From: Azolla caroliniana
Lineage: Eukaryota; Plantae; Polypodiophyta
Direction: 5' to 3'
Length of the DNA: 64,000 nucleotides
Assembly (NCBI GenBank): GCA_043228905.1
Contig: JBHGNT010000008.1
Coordinates: 2,542,001-2,606,000, forward strand
This document shows, piece after piece, positions 38,415 to 48,925 of the stretch (position 1 is its first letter; each line of letters starts with the position of its first letter). The position numbers and the translations under genes were made by a program. The notes below the pieces were generated by a model. That model did not search any database. It was given only the letters and a program-made list of their open reading frames with translations, and had not been told where the DNA came from.

Positions 38415-39089
38415 CGTTTCTTATAAAATAACATTGGTTGTAAAGTTTGTGATATAAATTGAGAATGTAACTTTTTGAAATTCCTCTTTTTTTAGTTACT
38501 TCTAAATCACGAAAATAGTGGATTTTTAACCTTTTTCATAGTATGTTTGAACATGTATGATACTAGTATCAATGTGTTTTGTAAAATCATTGGAAAAGCC
38601 CTAAAATCAACCAAAATTTTCCTTATCCTTCCACTTGTGAACGCGAACGTGTTCCGAGCGAAGAGAAGAGTTGGCAAAGACATTCGAAAGAGAGGCAACA
38701 ACGAGTGGAAGGAGATACCCACTCAGAGAAAGGAAAGCACTGACAACATATGGCAGTCAATACATCCTCTTGACTGATGAAGGTGAACCAGAGTGCTATT
38801 GTCATAACTAGACTCGAACCCATAACCTTTTGTTACACGGGTCGAGACTTTACCATTAGGTTATGAATTGTAATTTGAAGGATATTATTTTCATTTAGGT
38901 TTTATTGGGAAATTGATGTATATTCCAGATTTCTCTGGAACATTCTAGAAACTTCAGGAGTATTCCTGAAGACACTATAAAAGGAGGCGCAAGGCATTAG
39001 TTCGAACCAAATCGGTTCAACGCCAGTCTTAAGCCTTCTAACCACTGTTGTATATCTTCCTTCATATAATACATATATCTTTCGCATCA

Positions 39090-39127
<38 letters not shown>

Positions 39128-39361
39128 ACTCATTCCTTCTCTCAAAGTTCGACACCTCTCATAGTACTAATCCTTCTCTGTCTTAGTACTATTCCCCGAC
39201 AATAGTACTAATCCTTCTTTTAGTACTAATTCCTTCTCTGCCTTAATAGAGTTCCTGACAGTTTGAACCGATTTCTCGGTGCCTGTCTGGTCTTTTCTCT
39301 CCCTCTTCCTTCTGTCTCCCTCCTTTCCTATTAATCTCTTATTTCCCTTTTCCTTCATCCC

Positions 39362-40531
39362 ATGGCCACCGTTAGCGCTGAAGAGTATCAATCCGTTTTC
39401 TCGGAATTTCAATGCTTGAAAGAGAAGTTTCATGCTTTGGAACAAGAAAATCAACGCTTGTTGGGGGATCTTCAGCAAATTTCCTTAGAAAAGCAGCAAA
39501 CGCAACAACAGCATGGGGAACTTGCGTTACGCGTGCAACAACTCGAAGCAACCATCGTAGCAATGCAACAACAAGGGCACGGAGCACAAGGGATTCATAA
39601 AGAACCCAAGATTGGCCTTCCCACGAAGTTCGATGGAACGCGATCGCAGTTTAGAGGGTTTCTTAACCAGGTACGGTTAGTTATTCAAATGCATCCGTCC
39701 CGATATCCCACCGATGCATCACGAGTGGGTTTAGTAGGCACGTTGTTAAATGGCTCAGCATTAGCATGGTTCACTCCGCTACTAGAAAAGGAATCTCCAG
39801 TACTAAATAATTTTGAAGAATTCATAAGTGAGTTTAAAGCATGTTTTGGAGATACTGACAGCATAAGGACTGCAATCAACAAAATCCGGCGATTACGCCA
39901 AGGTGACCGTCCAGCCTCCGCATATGCTGCAGATTTCCGCCTACTCGCCGCCGATATCCCCTGGGATGATCAAGCATTGATGGAGCAGTTCCGCTATGGT
40001 CTACGCAACGATGTCAAGGATTTACTCTTGACTTTCCCTGAAGAGCCAAAATCATTAACAAAAGCAATCAGTCGAGCGGTCAGATGTGACAACCGCCTCT
40101 TCGAGCGACGTTCGGAACGACAATTTCAGATGCCGAGGGCAAGATCCGAGCCTACCTATGCCTCAGTGGTAGCGAAACCTTTTCAAAGGGAGTCACATAA
40201 TGCGCCTCCAGTAAGTACTCCAACTCCAATGGAAATTGACACTACACGTCGTCGTGGGCCGCTATCGGAGGAGGAAAAGCAACGACGCCGAACAAACCGA
40301 TTATGCCTTTATTGCGGTGGACCAGGGCATATCGCGATAAACTGTCCCCATAGACCAAGAAGGCAGGTAAACCAAGTCGTTGTTAGTTCTGACTATACTA
40401 AACCCGAGTCTATTTCAGTAGGAATCTCTGATAGTCCTCATAGTCATAATAGTCCTAATAGTACTAATAGTCCGAATCTCGCAAACAAATTTGATGTCCT
40501 TAGCCAATTAGAAGAAGAGTTAAACGACTAA
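39362..40531 (+). CDS. gag: Gypsy Gag (coiled coil, capsid, CCHC knuckle)
   Basis: KIGLPTKFDGTRSQFRGFLNQV, LRQG..ASAYAADF, PTPMEID, CLYCGGPGHIAINC. Confidence 0.95.
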   Translation: MATVSAEEYQSVFSEFQCLKEKFHALEQENQRLLGDLQQISLEKQQTQQQHGELALRVQQLEATIVAMQQQGHGAQGIHKEPKIGLPTKFDGTRSQFRGFLNQVRLVIQMHPSRYPTDASRVGLVGTLLNGSALAWFTPLLEKESPVLNNFEEFISEFKACFGDTDSIRTAINKIRRLRQGDRPASAYAADFRLLAADIPWDDQALMEQFRYGLRNDVKDLLLTFPEEPKSLTKAISRAVRCDNRLFERRSERQFQMPRARSEPTYASVVAKPFQRESHNAPPVSTPTPMEIDTTRRRGPLSEEEKQRRRTNRLCLYCGGPGHIAINCPHRPRRQVNQVVVSSDYTKPESISVGISDSPHSHNSPNSTNSPNLANKFDVLSQLEEELND

Positions 40532-43500
40532 GTCCAGCCAAAATAGGAGCCGTTTGGTTGGACAGCCCTAGATCTGTGCAGCCCATTAGTGGTTCCATTC
40601 CCTCTAAGCAAGTTAGTGATGTGTTCGTAGCCCAAGTAGCAGTTAGTACTAAAAGTACCCCTCCAGTACATACCTTAGCCCTTCTAGATTCCGGAGCTAA
40701 TTCTTGCTTCATGGATAGGAATTTTGCCCGAGCTCATCAGATATCTCTCAGAAAGCTCCCATGTCCAGCCTCAGTAGTAGTCATTGATGGTCGTCCCATT
40801 GCTTCTGGTAATATCATAGAAGAGTCGGAACCCGTTAATATTGTCCTAGATAACTTAACATGTGTAGTATCATTTAATATTATTAGTATTCCAGAACATC
40901 CCATAGTTTTAGGATTACCATGGTTCGAGTTACATAACCCAGACATAGATTGGAGGACAAGGGAAATCCGGTTGCGACAAACCCAAGGATCTACCCAGAA
41001 GGTTGCAACCATTTCGCTACGTCAGTTGCGTGAGGAAGGGCGCAAGGAGGAAATGTTTCTCTTCGCAATATCAGTACAACCCTCCAGCACCACCAAAGAG
41101 GAGTCCACCGTTCAACTTCCCGAGAAGTATCATCAGTATGCTGATGTGTTCGATAAAGTACAAGCCAACACACTTCCTCATCATCGGCCGTACGATTGCG
41201 CCATCGACTTACAACCGGGAAAAGAGCCGCCATGGGGGCCGATCTACAATTTGTCACCAACCGAGCTAGAAGTCCTTCGAGCCTATATAGAGGAGAATTT
41301 GGAGAACGGTTTCATTCGGCATTCGAAATCTCCAGCCGGCGCACCCATTTTCTTCGTCAAGAAAAAAGATGGCTCGCTTCGACTCGTTGTAGATTACCGT
41401 GGCTTGAATAAGGTCACAGTAAGAAATAGGTATGCTCTTCCCCTTATCTCAAGTCTTTTAGAACGGATCAACGGTGCCAGGTTCTTCACGAAGATCGACT
41501 TACGAGGAGCCTATAACCTCGTACGGATCCGACCAGGAGATGAATGGAAGACCGCGTTTCGCACCAGATATGGGCACTTCGAGTATACGGTCATGCCGTT
41601 CGGACTCACTAATGCGCCGGCAGTCTTCCAGCACATGGCGAATGATATATTTCGAGATCTCTTGGATGATTTTTTGATCATCTATTTGGATGATCTACTG
41701 GTTTATTCAAAGACCCAAGAAGAACATGATTCTCATGTACTATTAGTACTAAAACGACTTCGAGAACATGGTCTGTATGCAAAGTTAGAGAAATGTAGTT
41801 TCGGGTGCAACCAAGTGGAGTTTCTCGGCTATGTCATCTCCTCAGAAGGCATATCTATGGACCCAGCCAAGGTCAAAACGGTGATAGAATGGCACACTCC
41901 GCGTTCGGTGCGGGATGTGCAATGCTTCCTAGGCTTTGCAAATTTTTACCGGAAGTTCATACAAAATTACTCAAAAATTGTGCTGCCTCTCACACAGCTC
42001 ACCAGGAAGGGACAATCATTCATTTGGTCTAAAGAGACGGACATGGCTTTCGAGAGTCTTAAGAAGGCGTTTACATCAGCTCCAATTTTAGGTCATGTGG
42101 ATCCGGAAAAACCATTCATTATCGAAGCTGACGCATCGGATTTCGCATTGGGGAGCATTCTGTCACAACAAGGTAACGACGAGAAGCTACATCCTGTGGC
42201 TTTCCACTCCCGTAAGTTTGACGCCGCCGAAATCAACTACGAAATTCATGATAAAGAGCTATTAGCAATAGTTGATTCTTTTATGCAATGGAGGCATTTC
42301 CTGGAGGGATCTCCTCATCAGGTCACTGTATTCAGTGACCACAAGAACCTTGCCTACTTTCAAGATGCTCGTGTATTGAATCGACGTCAAGCTCGGTGGG
42401 CCCACTTCCTCACACGCTTCGACTTCAAAATTACATATCGTCCGGGGAAGCACCAAGGGAAGGCAGATGCATTATCACGGCGTTCGTATCTAACACCACG
42501 TCCCGGTGAGCCAGCTTTCGATAACCAGAAGCAAGTAATCTTGGGTCCAGCACGACTGCAAGCAGCACAGGTCTTTGACATGCCCGTGGATTCCGACATT
42601 ACCAATACTATACGTGAGAACTTGAAGACTGACGCTTTCGCCCAAGCTATACTAGCACAAATTGACCCCTCTCGAGCGTCATGTTCACAATCACAATCAC
42701 CAGGTACGGATTATCGGCAATTCAAATACTGTGATGGATTACTCTTCTTTAAAGAACTTTTGTATGTTCCTAATGGTTCTTGCCGCCTTCGAGTAGTACA
42801 AAACTGCCATGACACATATACAGCAGGACATTTTGGTAGTACTAAAACATTAGATTTAGTACAACGATCATTCTGGTGGCCCCGTATGCGACAATTTGTC
42901 GAAGATTTTGTTCGGACTTGCGATACATGCTGTAGAGCGAAAATGCCAAGACATCATCCATATGGTTTATTAGAACCATTACCAATTCCAAGCAAGCCAT
43001 GGCAATCCATTGCTCTTGACTTCATTACAGATCTTCCAGTCTCTAAGGGATTCAGTGCGATTCTCACAGTGGTGGATCGATATACGAAGATGGCTCATTT
43101 CTTACCATGTACTAAAGAAATATCTAGTGAAGACACCGCCGAAATTGTCATGCGGGAAGTATGTCGGCATCATGGACTCCCTGATAATATCATCAACGAT
43201 CGTGGACCCCAGTTTGTGTCAAAATTCTGGAAGCACCTTTTTAAAATGCTGAAGGTCACTTGTAACCTCTCCTCCGGCTACCACCCACAAACCGACGGTC
43301 AAGCCGAACGAACAAATCAAACACTGGAGCAGTATCTGCGGTGCTTTCTCAACTATCATCAGAATGACTGGGCAGATATTCTTCAGTTCGCCGAATTTGC
43401 CTATAATAACGCTATCCACGCATCGACTAAAGTCACGCCATTCTACGCTTATACAGGATATCATCCCCGGTGGTGTGTCCTTGAAACCCCAGAAGTGTCC

Positions 43501-44115
43501 ACAAATCCTTGCGCGGAGGATCGTTTGGAGCGGTTACACAAGATACAAGCGGATTTATCTACTCAACTCCAGCAAGCTCAACAATCACACAAGGACTACG
43601 CAGATCGTCATCGACTTCCATCCAGTTTTAACATTGGAGATCGGGTGTGGCTGCTACGACGACACATCAAGACTACTCGCCCATGTGAGAAGTTGGATTA
43701 TCGGCGATTAGGTCCTTTCCGTATTATCGGGAAGATTAATGATGTCGCTTTTCGTCTCGAGCTACCTCCGCAACTTCGGATACATCCGGTGTTTCATAGT
43801 TCTCTCCTCGAACCCTATCACGAGAGCACTATCCCAGGACGTACTATACAACCACCACCTCCTATCGAGCTCGAAGATGGACCTGAGTATGAGGTCGCTG
43901 CCATCCTCGATTCCAAGATTGTTCGCAACAAGCTCTACTATCTAGTCGATTGGCTAGGATATAGTCCCAGCGAGCGTACTTGGGAACCGATCGAGAATGT
44001 GACCAATGCTCGTGCTCTTCTAGAAGACTTCCATCGACGATATCCCGAGAAACCGGGTCCTCAATCCAAAACGACTCGTGGAACTCGTCGTTTTAAAGGG
44101 GGGATAGTGTCATAA
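40519..44115 (+). CDS. pol: Gypsy Pol (protease, RT, RNase H, integrase, chromodomain) in the -1 frame relative to gag
   Basis: LLDSGA, YLDD, EADASD, HHCC-type zinc motif plus DDE integrase, GPF, chromodomain YEVAAILDSKIVRNKLYYLVDWLGY..SERTWEP; the frame is open from the slippery site at 40519. Confidence 0.94.
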   Translation, partial: VKRLSPAKIGAVWLDSPRSVQPISGSIPSKQVSDVFVAQVAVSTKSTPPVHTLALLDSGANSCFMDRNFARAHQISLRKLPCPASVVVIDGRPIASGNIIEESEPVNIVLDNLTCVVSFNIISIPEHPIVLGLPWFELHNPDIDWRTREIRLRQTQGSTQKVATISLRQLREEGRKEEMFLFAISVQPSSTTKEESTVQLPEKYHQYADVFDKVQANTLPHHRPYDCAIDLQPGKEPPWGPIYNLSPTELEVLRAYIEENLENGFIRHSKSPAGAPIFFVKKKDGSLRLVVDYRGLNKVTVRNRYALPLISSLLERINGARFFTKIDLRGAYNLVRIRPGDEWKTAFRTRYGHFEYTVMPFGLTNAPAVFQHMANDIFRDLLDDFLIIYLDDLLVYSKTQEEHDSHVLLVLKRLREHGLYAKLEKCSFGCNQVEFLGYVISSEGISMDPAKVKTVIEWHTPRSVRDVQCFLGFANFYRKFIQNYSKIVLPLTQLTRKGQSFIWSKETDMAFESLKKAFTSAPILGHVDPEKPFIIEADASDFALGSILSQQGNDEKLHPVAFHSRKFDAAEINYEIHDKELLAIVDSFMQWRHFLEGSPHQVTVFSDHKNLAYFQDARVLNRRQARWAHFLTRFDFKITYRPGKHQGKADALSRRSYLTPRPGEPAFDNQKQVILGPARLQAAQVFDMPVDSDITNTIRENLKTDAFAQAILAQIDPSRASCSQSQSPGTDYRQFKYCDGLLFFKELLYVPNGSCRLRVVQNCHDTYTAGHFGSTKTLDLVQRSFWWPRMRQFVEDFVRTCDTCCRAKMPRHHPYGLLEPLPIPSKPWQSIALDFITDLPVSKGFSAILTVVDRYTKMAHFLPCTKEISSEDTAEIVMREVCRHHGLPDNIINDRGPQFVSKFWKHLFKMLKVTCNLSSGYHPQTDGQAERTNQTLEQYLRCFLNYHQNDWADILQFAEFAYNNAIHASTKVTPFYAYTGYHPRWCVLETPEVSTNPCAEDRLERLHKIQADLSTQLQQAQQSHKDYADRHRLPSSFNIGDRVWLLRRHIKTTRPCEKLDYRRLGPFRIIGKINDVAFRLELPPQLRIHPVFHSSLLEPYHESTIPGRTIQPPPPIELEDGPEYEVAAILDSKIVRNKLYYLVDWLGYSPSERTWEPIENVTNARALLEDFHRRYPEKPGPQSKTTRGTRRFKGGIVS

Positions 44116-44397
44116 CTAGACTCGAACCCATAACCTTTTGTTACACGGGTCGAGACTTTACCATTAGGTTATGAATTGTAATTTGAAGGATATTATTTTC
44201 ATTTAGGTTTTATTGGGAAATTGATGTATATTCCAGATTTCTCTGGAACATTCTAGAAACTTCAGGAGTATTCCTGAAGACACTATAAAAGGAGGCGCAA
44301 GGCATTAGTTCGAACCAAATCGGTTCAACGCCAGTCTTAAGCCTTCTAACCACTGTTGTATATCTTCCTTCATATAATACATATATCTTTCGCATCA

Positions 44398-44445
<48 letters not shown>

Positions 44446-44583
44446 ACTCATTCCTTCTCTCAAAGTTCGACACCTCTCATAGTACTAATCCTTCTCTGTC
44501 TTAGTACTATTCCCCGACAATAGTACTAATCCTTCTTTTAGTACTAATTCCTTCTCTGCCTTAATAGAGTTCCTGACAGCTAT

Positions 44584-46140
44584 GAAGAAGCCATTGCCGA
44601 CGAGCACAGAGAGAAATGGCTAAGCACGATGCAAGACGAGTTGGAATCCTTGCATGAGAATTACACCTACGACTTGGTAGAGCTGCCGAAAGGTAAGAGA
44701 GCACTCAGGAATAAATGGGTCTACAAGGTGAAGATTAGAGAAGCCGATAGTGAGCCTAGGTATAAAGCCTGCATAGTGGTGAAGGGTTTTCAACAGAAAA
44801 AGGGCGTCGACTTCGACGAAATATTCACACCAGTCGTGAAGATGACATCCATTTGAACTGTTCTGAGTATAGCAGCTAGTATGGACTTGGAGATTGAACA
44901 GTTGGATGTCAAAACCACATTCTTACACGGGGAGCTAGAAGAAGAAATCTTCATGCAGCAACCGGAAGGCTTTGAGGAAAAAGGGAAAGAGAACCTGGTG
45001 TGTCGACTGAAGAAAAGCTTGTACGGTCTGAAACAAGCTCCACGCCAATGCTACAAGAAGTTCGAGTCCTTTATGATGGAACACCGGTTCCAGAAAACAC
45101 AGGCCGATCACTGTGTGTTCGTCAAAAGGTACGAAGAAGGAGACTTCTTGATTCTCTTGTTATATGTTGATGACATGTTGATAGTCTATCAAGACACAAA
45201 GAAGATCAGAAGCTTGAAGAAAGCACTAAGAAGGTCGTTTGCCATGAAAGACCTTGGACCGGCTAAACAAATCTTAGGAATGCACATAGTTTGAGACAGA
45301 ACTCAAAAGGTGTTATGGTTGTCACAACAAAAGTATGTGACGAAGATCCTAGAAAGGTTCAACATGTCGGACGCAAAGCCGGTCGGCTCGGTGTTGCCGA
45401 CAAATTGCAGGTTGAATGTGAAGCGGTGCCCGAAAGGGGAGAAGGAGAAGGACGAGATGAGGAAGGTACCATATGCCTCGGTCGTTGGCAGTCTAATGTA
45501 TGATATGGTTTGTACAAGACCAGACATAACATTTGTTGTGGGAGCAGTAACCCGATATATGAGTAATCCAGGAAGAGAACATTGGGTAGCGGTGAAGTGG
45601 ATACTCATGTACTTAAAAGGCACCTCAAGGGTGTGTCTAGGGTATGGTGTCAGAAAATCTGTGCTGGAAAGTTTTACCGGCTCGGACATGTCGGGAGATG
45701 TAGACTCAAGTTGATCCACGTCAGGGTATGTGATGACCTTTGGAGGGGGAGCAGTGTCGTGGCAATCACGACTACAGAAGTCTGTAGCCTTGTCGACTCC
45801 AGAGGTAGAGTATATGGCAATGGTAGAGGCCGGCAAAGAGCTGATCTGGATGAGAAATTTTCTCAATGAGCTAGGGATGAAGCAGAGGGAGTTCTTGCTT
45901 CACTATGATAGCCATAGTGCCATACATCTTGCCAAGAAGGTTGCATATCACTCCTGAACCAACCACATATAGAGAAGGTATCACTGGTTGCGGGAGAAGG
46001 TCGAAGAAGGAGAGTTCACACTTGTGAAGATCCACATGGATAACAATGGATCCGACATGCTCACGAAAAACCTACCTATGGATAGACTTAAAGTCTGTCA
46101 ACAGAAGACAGGATTGACTGACTCCCTCGCACATGAGTGA
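44584..46140 (+). pseudogene. Copia RT-RNase H, with stops
   Basis: KWVYKVK, QLDVKTTFLHG, LYGLKQAPR, YVDDML, SVALSTPEVEY; premature TGA/TAG codons. Confidence 0.93.
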
Positions 46141-46150
46141 AGGGGGAGTT

Positions 46151-46668
46151 TGTTGGGAATATGTCCCTCTAGTGGGAGGAACCGACTATTCGGAAGTAGC
46201 CGACAACCGATAGCCGATAGTCGAAGAGTCGACACAGAGAGTCGATTGTTTGAACAAATGATTATTATTATTATTATTATTATTATAGTAATCATAATAA
46301 TCAATTATATGTAACAGTGGCTACAATTGTAAATAGCCCATATGATGTATCAATAGATATACATCTAGGGCAAACAGACATGAATAGAGAGAGTTGTGCA
46401 TAAGAGAGAGAAAAGGAGAGAGAAAACAACGCCATAACTGTGTGCATAACAACAGACGCTAAGAACCCTGTGTGGTTGATACACTCATAATCAAAGTGTT
46501 GTAATCTCTGTCCTTGACATCCACTGTATAGTGAAGTTTTTCCTCTCCCATGGTTTTCTCCCGTTTTAGGGTTTCCACGTAAATATCTGTGTATTGTGTC
46601 ATTGTGTGGCCGCGTTATGTATTTTCAGTATCGTTTGATCTTGTGGTTTTACGAATCGATTCTCAACA
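46151..46668 (+). repeat. Copia 3' LTR
   Basis: Follows the PPT; TG...CA; homologous to 26982-27523. Confidence 0.95.
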
Positions 46669-47083
46669 GATAGTACATTACATTTCCTCTAGCCCAAACC
46701 TAGAGAGGTTGTATTCAGTTTGTAATATTTGTTATTCTATCCACCCGATTGGGTGAAGGTTGTAACCAAGGTCATTGCCTTGAGGTAGATACATTCGTCT
46801 AGTGAGGTTGTATTCTGTTGTACTAAAAAAATATAGTGAAGTTGTTTGGAACCTACGGTTCCCGTGGTTTTTCCTTATTTTGGGTTTTCCACGTTAAAAT
46901 TTTGGTGTACTCTCATTTTCGGTTTCTGGTTTCATTTAGTGTTAATTGTGCTTGAAGTTTAAATCATCCCAATTCAGTCCCATATTCCCAACAAAAACAC
47001 CACTCATAGACTTCTCTCAATGGCTTGTTTTCATACTAGCAGTAGCAAGGCTTTTGGGTAGTTACATTTAGTTTGAGTGATTC

Positions 47084-47630
47084 TATTTGGTCTTCTTGTG
47101 GAGATCAAATCATCCGAATCTTGATTATTCTTTTTCTTGTATCAATTTGTTGTGGACAAATCCTCTCATCAAATATCAAATCTTGTTATTGAGCATTGTG
47201 ATTGAGCACTTCTAATAATGTTTATAAATTTCTTGTCAATTTATTCTTACATGTTGGGCATTTCTGTATTTGGTCTTCTTGTAGAGATAAAATCATCCGA
47301 ATCTTGATTATTATTTTTCTTGTATCAATTTGTTGTGGACAAATCCTCTTATCGAATATCAAATATCAAATCTTGTAGTTGAGCATTGTGATTGAGCACT
47401 TGTAATAATGTTTATAAATTTTTTGTCAATTTATTCTTGCATGTTGGGCATTTCTGTATTTGGTCTACTTGTAGAGATCAAATAATCCGAATCTTGATTA
47501 TTATTTTTCTTGTATCAATTTGTTGTGGACAAATCCTCTTATCGAATATCAAATATCAAATCTTGTAGCTGAGCATTGTGACTGGGCACTTCTAATAATG
47601 TTTATAAATTTTTTTGTCAAATTGTTCTTG
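47084..47630. repeat. Three ~185-bp tandem copies
   Basis: TATTTGGTCT.CTTGT.GAGAT.AAAT.ATCCGAATCTTGATTATT...GAGCATTGTGA...TAATAATGTTTATAAATTT, three times. Confidence 0.88.
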
Positions 47631-47902
47631 CATGCTACCTTTTGTATCCTACCTACATCCAAAACAAATTCCTTCTAAACCTTGCCTCCGTCTATATTCT
47701 AGGTTGCTTCCATATGACAAATCATGGGAAGAAGTGCTTTTGCATCCAATCCATGTACTTGTTTTTTCTTCTTTTGTTGTGTTTATGTGCCACTACATCA
47801 ATGGATGTTTGCCTATTCTGAGCCTTTCTCAAAAAATTTTGACCTTCCAAACCTGGCATTATTCTCGATACGATCAATAAGCTGCCTCAATTGACTGTAA
47901 TT

Positions 47903-48097
47903 GGGAATGGGCATGGAGGTATGTATGCTGCACATTGGGAATGATAGAGAGAAGCAACAGGCTGAGGCTCTCAAGGAAGCTGGTCTGACAACATACAACC
48001 ACAACCTAGACACATCAATGGAATATTACCCGAAAATCATCTCAACAAGAAGCTATGGTGAAACACTACAAACTTTGAAGTTTTTTCGAGAAGCAGT
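47903..48097 (+). pseudogene. BIO2: Biotin synthase (BIO2/BioB) internal fragment
   Basis: GMGMEV(C)[42 protein letters not shown], with the radical-SAM BioB YNHNLDT motif; 4-nt and 2-nt insertions; no flanking exons found. Confidence 0.82.
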
Positions 48098-48643
48098 TGG
48101 GGCAGAATTTTATGTGAAAATAGTTACTTGATGTTCATCTAACATCCCACATTGTTACTTGGATGTTACAAAGGTGAAGCAATGTATAATTCTTTGCAAA
48201 ATATAGTTCACACACTGTTGTTAGTAATGCAAAGGGGCAATAAAAAAAAATGTAATAATGTGCTTAATCATGAATAAAAAGACTAAAATTTAAATTATTA
48301 TTTTTGTCATACCCTTGTATATTCCACATATTATGATGGATTCATGTTTTTCGTGTGGAGAAATTTAATTATCCAGATGGAACAATTGAATGGTTTGCGT
48401 ATGCCGAGCAACATTGTGTATGTTTGATGAGAATATGGTTGTGTATATTGACAAAACTGCAACAAAAGGATTTACAAAAGAAATAAATGCATGTTTGCAT
48501 ATAGAAGCAGCAGTACATAGGTAGCAGCACATATATGAGAGATTAACATGAGTTGCAAGATGACATGTTTTTTATGTATATTAATTAATGTCCACGTGGG
48601 TGTTTTTTTAAAAGACATGATGTTATGGTAGTGGCATGCAATT

Positions 48644-48925
48644 CATATATGGCTTGTAGATCTATGTACTCATGAATACGAAAAGTAAATTACCAAATAG
48701 TGTTTCTTTGAAACGACAATCTTGGTGTGTAGCACCGAAACCTAACTTGGAAACCTTTCAAGGAGGCAAAAAAGGAAGGGAACATATATGGCTTGCTTGG
48801 GCATCTATGTATTGAGGAATACGAAAAGTAAATGATCAATAGTGTTTCTCCGAAATGACAATCTCGGTGTCTAGTGGCGAAAACCTAACTCGGAAACCTT
48901 TCAAGCAAGCAAAAACCCAAGGGAA
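48644..48925. repeat. ~140-bp direct duplication
   Basis: CATATATGGCTTG...GAATACGAAAAGTAAAT...AACCTAACT.GGAAACCTTTCAAG occurs twice. Confidence 0.8.

Larger units (their letters stand above)
29938..38653. mobile_element. 8.7-kb TIR DNA transposon (4-bp TSD; superfamily uncertain, possibly Sola-like) carrying a ParB-methyltransferase cargo gene
   Basis: 29-bp TIRs AACAC(A/G)TTCGCGTTCACAAGTGGAAGGAT at 29938-29966 and 38625-38653 (1 mismatch); TSD CCGA at 29934-29937 and 38654-38657; excision restores the Copia frame ...DVQEPERREELAK...YILLTDEGEPECY. Confidence 0.92.
38800..44578 (+). mobile_element. Intact Ty3/Gypsy chromovirus (Tcn1/Tf1-sushi-like), very recent insertion into the Copia pol just upstream of RT
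   Basis: LTRs 38800-39260 and 44108-44578 look identical except for (CT)n length; TSD GCTAT at 38795-38799 and 44579-44583; PPT ~44095-44107; uninterrupted gag and pol. Confidence 0.97.
26982..46668 (+). mobile_element. Ty1/Copia LTR retrotransposon (~5.2 kb without inserts), degenerate, interrupted by two insertions
   Basis: LTRs 26982-27523 and 46151-46668 (TG...CA); TSD GATAG at 26977-26981 and 46669-46673; tRNA-iMet PBS; PPT ~46135-46148; gag-PR-INT-RT-RH order. Confidence 0.96.
24995..46993 (+). mobile_element. Solo LTR (~1.27 kb after removing nested inserts), outermost element of the nest
   Basis: Termini TGTTGGG (24995) and CCCAACA (46993); 5-bp TSD AAAAC at 24990-24994 and 46994-46998; internal ATCCACCCAATCGGGTGAAGATTGTAGCCAAGG repeats continue on both sides of the Copia. 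Confidence 0.85.

Noticed and set aside
29938-38653. Bacterial or phage contamination/prophage as the source of the MTase
   Set aside because: The gene has five spliceosomal introns and sits within TIRs and a TSD inside a plant Copia element.
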